In this document: piece by piece, positions 56,650 through 60,074 of the stretch | How positions within the stretch are numbered: position 1 is the first letter of the stretch | Layout: the number at the start of each line of letters is the position of its first letter | DNA from: a virus | Taxonomy: Duplodnaviria; Caudoviricetes | Virus record (IMG/VR): IMGVR_UViG_3300031965_000030 | Span: 1 to 60,074 of that record | Direction: 5' to 3' (one strand) | DNA: 60,074 nucleotides | The notes under the pieces: generated by a model | The model's database searches: none | What the model saw: only the letters and a program-made list of their open reading frames with translations | Told to the model about the DNA's origin: nothing | Position numbers and translations under genes: made by a program

Positions 56650-57284
56650 TATGCAAATATCTCCCTTTTATACTTCCCAAGTTCTCCAAATACTGATGGA
56701 CTTAAACCCATCATCTTTGCTGTAATAGCTGCTGGATTCAATGTGTAGGAATAGTTTCCTATCTTTTCTGATATCTTATTTGAATTTTCTGGGGCACTCA
56801 AAAAGTTTTTAACAAGTTCATAACACATCATTTGTAATTCAGTTAATTCAATACTTCCTGATACGTAACCACCATTCCAAATAGCAGTTACATTCTGCAT
56901 GTATCCATAATCAAATCCACCATCAAATACCAGCAAGCCTTTTTCTGGATACAGAAAATAACCTGTGGTATCCGTGTAATCAGTTGCAAGTATGATTTCT
57001 ACATCACTGATAATAAACTCAGTAAGGGAATTCAATGGGTATGTTGGAAACCAAAATTGATTAAATTTTGGGCCATCAAAAATAGAGTATCTTTGATCAT
57101 AATTTTCAGATTCTGTATCGTATGTGAAATCTCTTGCCTTTAAATACCGATTACAAAAATTTTCCATTAAGGAAGTAGCAGCATTAATAAGGGCTATGAT
57201 TTTTTCATCATCATCATCAAAATCTTCCCCAGATAAAGTATTATAAAAATCAACATCTATTAATGCACTAGCTTGCAAGGCCAT
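56649..57284 (-). CDS. head-tail connector/adaptor
   Basis: DDEKIIALINAAT...FCNR; SEKIGNYSY. Confidence 0.8.
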   Translation of the reverse strand: MALQASALIDVDFYNTLSGEDFDDDDEKIIALINAATSLMENFCNRYLKARDFTYDTESENYDQRYSIFDGPKFNQFWFPTYPLNSLTEFIISDVEIILATDYTDTTGYFLYPEKGLLVFDGGFDYGYMQNVTAIWNGGYVSGSIELTELQMMCYELVKNFLSAPENSNKISEKIGNYSYTLNPAAITAKMMGLSPSVFGELGKYKREIFA

Positions 57285-57288
57285 TTAT

Positions 57289-57564
57289 CTATTCCTCCAC
57301 AATTACACTATTTGGAAATAATTTATCCTCAGTATCTGGAAAACGTATATTATTTATACCTGAGAATAACTTTTGAAAATCACCAACCAGAGTACCACTG
57401 GAATTTAAGTCAATCTTACTTTCTTCATAAACTGTAGGAATTGATTTTAATCTTGCCTTTCCTTTTTCAATGTAATTTCTTGCCCTGCTTTCAGAAATCT
57501 CAACTGATCCCTTTCCAAATGTTCTTATAAGTGCCGTATCTGTAAATTCAATTATTACTTTCAT
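57289..57564 (-). CDS. hypothetical head-module protein
   Basis: VEISESRARNYIEKGKA; aagggg RBS. Confidence 0.6.
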   Translation of the reverse strand: MKVIIEFTDTALIRTFGKGSVEISESRARNYIEKGKARLKSIPTVYEESKIDLNSSGTLVGDFQKLFSGINNIRFPDTEDKLFPNSVIVEE

Positions 57565-57578
57565 ATTGCCCCTTTTCC

Positions 57579-57618
57579 AAAAAGGGGGATACAGACAAAT
57601 CCATATCCCCCCCTTTTT
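57579..57618 (-). terminator. rho-independent terminator after the capsid/decoration genes
   Basis: G/C-run stem flanked by A5/T5 tracts. Confidence 0.65.
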
Positions 57619-57640
57619 AATTATAATTTAAAAATGTATA

Positions 57641-58093
57641 TTACGAAGATGCTACTTTTGCCGTTCTTGCCGTACCATAAGTAAGCGAACAGGTAGTACC
57701 GGATTGCGTTACCGGGCACCGTTGATCTTCAAATGTCATCATATATGCAGCCCAAGTAACCTCATCCGTGCTGGAATTGTGATTTAAACGAATATAGCGT
57801 TTAGGATCATCAACAACGATAAAATACAAACCGGTAGCAGAAATTTCATCAACGGTAATGAAATCTGCATCAAAGGTGGAATCATCCTCAGAATCCTGTA
57901 CGATAAGATCCAGGGTTCCACCAGTTCCAACACTGGTAACATCAACGATGATTAAGACACGATTAGGAAGCTGTGTATTTTCCCAAAGATCATATCCATC
58001 ATCACTGGGGGCATTTGCAGCGGCACTACCAGCGGCCTCAGCCGTAGAAGATTGAATAATTTCAATTCTGTGATTACTTAAAATATCTCTCAT
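57641..58093 (-). CDS. putative capsid decoration protein
   Basis: Follows the major capsid gene; beta-rich, VQDSED, KRYIRL. Confidence 0.6.
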   Translation of the reverse strand: MRDILSNHRIEIIQSSTAEAAGSAAANAPSDDGYDLWENTQLPNRVLIIVDVTSVGTGGTLDLIVQDSEDDSTFDADFITVDEISATGLYFIVVDDPKRYIRLNHNSSTDEVTWAAYMMTFEDQRCPVTQSGTTCSLTYGTARTAKVASS

Positions 58094-58131
58094 GTTTCTT
58101 TTCTCCTATAAAAAACAATTAGTTTATTTTT

Positions 58132-58169
58132 AGTTACCCATTAACTAATTTTGTAGTTAATGGGTAACT
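58132..58169. other. 16-bp perfect hairpin after the major capsid gene
   Basis: agttacccattaacta-6nt-tagttaatgggtaact. Confidence 0.75.
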
Positions 58170-58189
58170 TTACCTCTTTAATTCCCCAA

Positions 58190-59434
58190 TTAGCTGGCAT
58201 CATCCAAAATAACGAATGCCTGTGGGATTGCAGCTTGTCCATCAACACGACCAGAACAACGCAAAGCGGTTCGGTTGTTACGGAATTTATAATGCCTGGA
58301 AGAATCAATGGTGAAGTCCTGGCGGAAACCAACATAATATTGATTCCATGCACCAAGAATAACGTCACCGGTATTTCCGATAGTCGGACATTTGCCATCA
58401 GCCAAAACAGCAGGACGACCCAACAGGGTCATATTGTACCCCATAGAGATATCCTTAAAGGATTCCTGCAATACCAATTCATCACTGGTAGCAGAAACCT
58501 TCTGACCACGCAAAGCGGCTCGGCCTTGTTTGGTGATAAACCATACCGATTGAGAGTCAAATACCGACGGAAGACGGCCTTCCATGTTAATTACATCCTC
58601 CACTTTGACCGTTCCAGCCGTAGCACGAGCAACGGTAAGAACTGCTGGATCATTAATAATACCCAGGGGGCGCTTACCACCAGTACCCTGAATAAAATCT
58701 TTATCCGTATACCAATACCAAGCAGCCCGGAAAATACGGGTAAGGTAATTCAACAGATTGATTGCACTATCATCCAACAGAGAATTGGTAACTTCAGTAT
58801 AACCAGCCAATTCATGAACGATCATTTCAACCAAACCAAAATTAGGTTCCGTAGCACCTTTTTCGCCACCTTCTTCAACCCAACCAAAACTTACGCCAGC
58901 AAAATGATCAAAACCAGCGTCTTGCACATCAGGATTCTGTTGCAATTTCGGGAAAGCCAGTTTTTCACCAGACATCGGCCATACAGTAGCACGTTGCCAA
59001 ACAATGGTATCTTCAGCATCATACATTACCATCAAAGCACGGAATTCCTCTGGCACTAAATACCCACCAGCAGTATCAACCGACTCAGAAAGGAATTTAC
59101 CAACAATACCTGATTTGAGATAGGCCGCCAAATCCTTTGCCCAAGTTTGAATTTCTTCAGAAGCAACTACCCAGGGGGCTTGTTTGTTATTAAGATTGAT
59201 AACAGACCCCTGCTTAGTGGACATATAGCCACCATCAACTTTAGCATAAGGAATATTGGCAATAAGCTGATTTGCAGAAACACCTTTAAATGGCGTATTG
59301 GTGTTATTCTGAAGATCCTTCAACATTCCTTGCATCTCTTCACGGATAACATTACTAAATGCATCCCCAGACACAAGAGAACTTACATGGGTTTTTAAAA
59401 TTTCAATAATTTCTTCACGAGTCATTTTTTCCAT
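58190..59434 (-). CDS. major capsid protein, HK97 fold
   Basis: AGGYLVPEEF, WVEEG, LLDDS, GTGGKRPLGI, LLGRP, RVDG...AFV. Confidence 0.95.
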   Translation of the reverse strand: MEKMTREEIIEILKTHVSSLVSGDAFSNVIREEMQGMLKDLQNNTNTPFKGVSANQLIANIPYAKVDGGYMSTKQGSVINLNNKQAPWVVASEEIQTWAKDLAAYLKSGIVGKFLSESVDTAGGYLVPEEFRALMVMYDAEDTIVWQRATVWPMSGEKLAFPKLQQNPDVQDAGFDHFAGVSFGWVEEGGEKGATEPNFGLVEMIVHELAGYTEVTNSLLDDSAINLLNYLTRIFRAAWYWYTDKDFIQGTGGKRPLGIINDPAVLTVARATAGTVKVEDVINMEGRLPSVFDSQSVWFITKQGRAALRGQKVSATSDELVLQESFKDISMGYNMTLLGRPAVLADGKCPTIGNTGDVILGAWNQYYVGFRQDFTIDSSRHYKFRNNRTALRCSGRVDGQAAIPQAFVILDDAS

Positions 59435-59456
59435 CTAATTTATCCTCCATTTACGC

Positions 59457-60074
59457 TTAAGATATTTTTCCTGAAAATTCGTCCAATATAGTTTTGAACT
59501 GTGAACTTAATACTTCCTTCAATGTTTTTTCAAGCACATCTTTTCCAACATTTTTCTCCTGTAAGAACCCAGATATATCCACTTCGATGCTTTGATCCTT
59601 TTTACCTTTATTGTCAGGGGAAAGCAAATTGGCAATAGCAATCAAATCATCGTTTTGAGATTTATCAGTAGATTCATTTTCTGATAATTCTTCTATAGCA
59701 TCAGGAGTATTATCACCTGATTTTGATAAAGAAGCAATTACTTTTTTGAACATGGTATCTACAACCGTTTCTAAATTCTTAACCAAGGTATTTAGGTTCT
59801 CTATTTTTTCTCCGATACTTCCGGGTTCAATACTTTCCGCAGGTACTTCAGAATTCTCTCCTGTAGCTTTTGGGATATCTCCATCACCGGGAATTTCATT
59901 ATCATCTGAATCAACCACTGTACCATTATCTGTTTCATCTTTTACCCCCCCATTAGTTTCATTTTTGGCTTCATCAACAACATCCTCTTCCAATACTTCC
60001 ACTTTATTAGTAGAAACTTCTTCTTCATGTGTAGACAATTCAAAGGCCCCATCGTCACTAAACTTCAATTCATA
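59457..60074 (-). CDS. acidic C-terminal part of prohead protease/scaffold (5'-truncated)
   Basis: Acidic low-complexity ORF directly upstream of the capsid gene, running to the window edge. Confidence 0.55.
   Translation of the reverse strand, partial: YELKFSDDGAFELSTHEEEVSTNKVEVLEEDVVDEAKNETNGGVKDETDNGTVVDSDDNEIPGDGDIPKATGENSEVPAESIEPGSIGEKIENLNTLVKNLETVVDTMFKKVIASLSKSGDNTPDAIEELSENESTDKSQNDDLIAIANLLSPDNKGKKDQSIEVDISGFLQEKNVGKDVLEKTLKEVLSSQFKTILDEFSGKIS

Noticed and set aside
1-60074. Genome-wide stop-codon reassignment (UGA or UAG)
   Set aside because: Long genes are intact in the standard code and TGA serves as the stop in several ATGA overlaps; only one in-frame TGA was noticed

Overview
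A 60-kb internal segment of a large, AT-rich tailed dsDNA phage (siphovirus-type; no sheath gene seen) with two convergent gene blocks that meet near 35.36 kb. The + strand (1-35360) carries replication, recombination and nucleotide genes. These include a family A DNA polymerase split into two separated genes (a UDG-like + 3'-5' exonuclease half, and a polymerase half interrupted by a 394-nt group I intron), an intein/HNH-interrupted Ycf46-like AAA ATPase with DUF1257/DUF2997/DUF3150-like neighbours, a UvsY-like mediator, SSB, RecA, resolvase, a split SbcC/Rad50 around SbcD, a 5'-3' exonuclease, DnaB-like and UvsW-like helicases, ThyX, primase and a run of small Cys-rich accessory ORFs. The - strand (60074-35373) carries HK97-type capsid, neck, tail tube, a free-standing homing endonuclease, a frameshifted tail chaperone, tape measure, tail tip and a repeat-containing fibre, and ends in a block of two GT9 glycosyltransferases, a beta-propeller and a pseudo-receiver protein. 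The most notable unexplained signals are: (1) a basic-hydrophobic [KR]-L-x-L peptide at the extreme termini of about ten non-virion proteins; (2) the split polymerase and split Rad50; (3) the tail-linked heptosyltransferase-like block; (4) mutually complementary attC-like half sites in the accessory region; (5) a zinc-finger gene with an in-frame UGA followed by a hairpin. All family assignments come from motif recognition by eye, not database searches.
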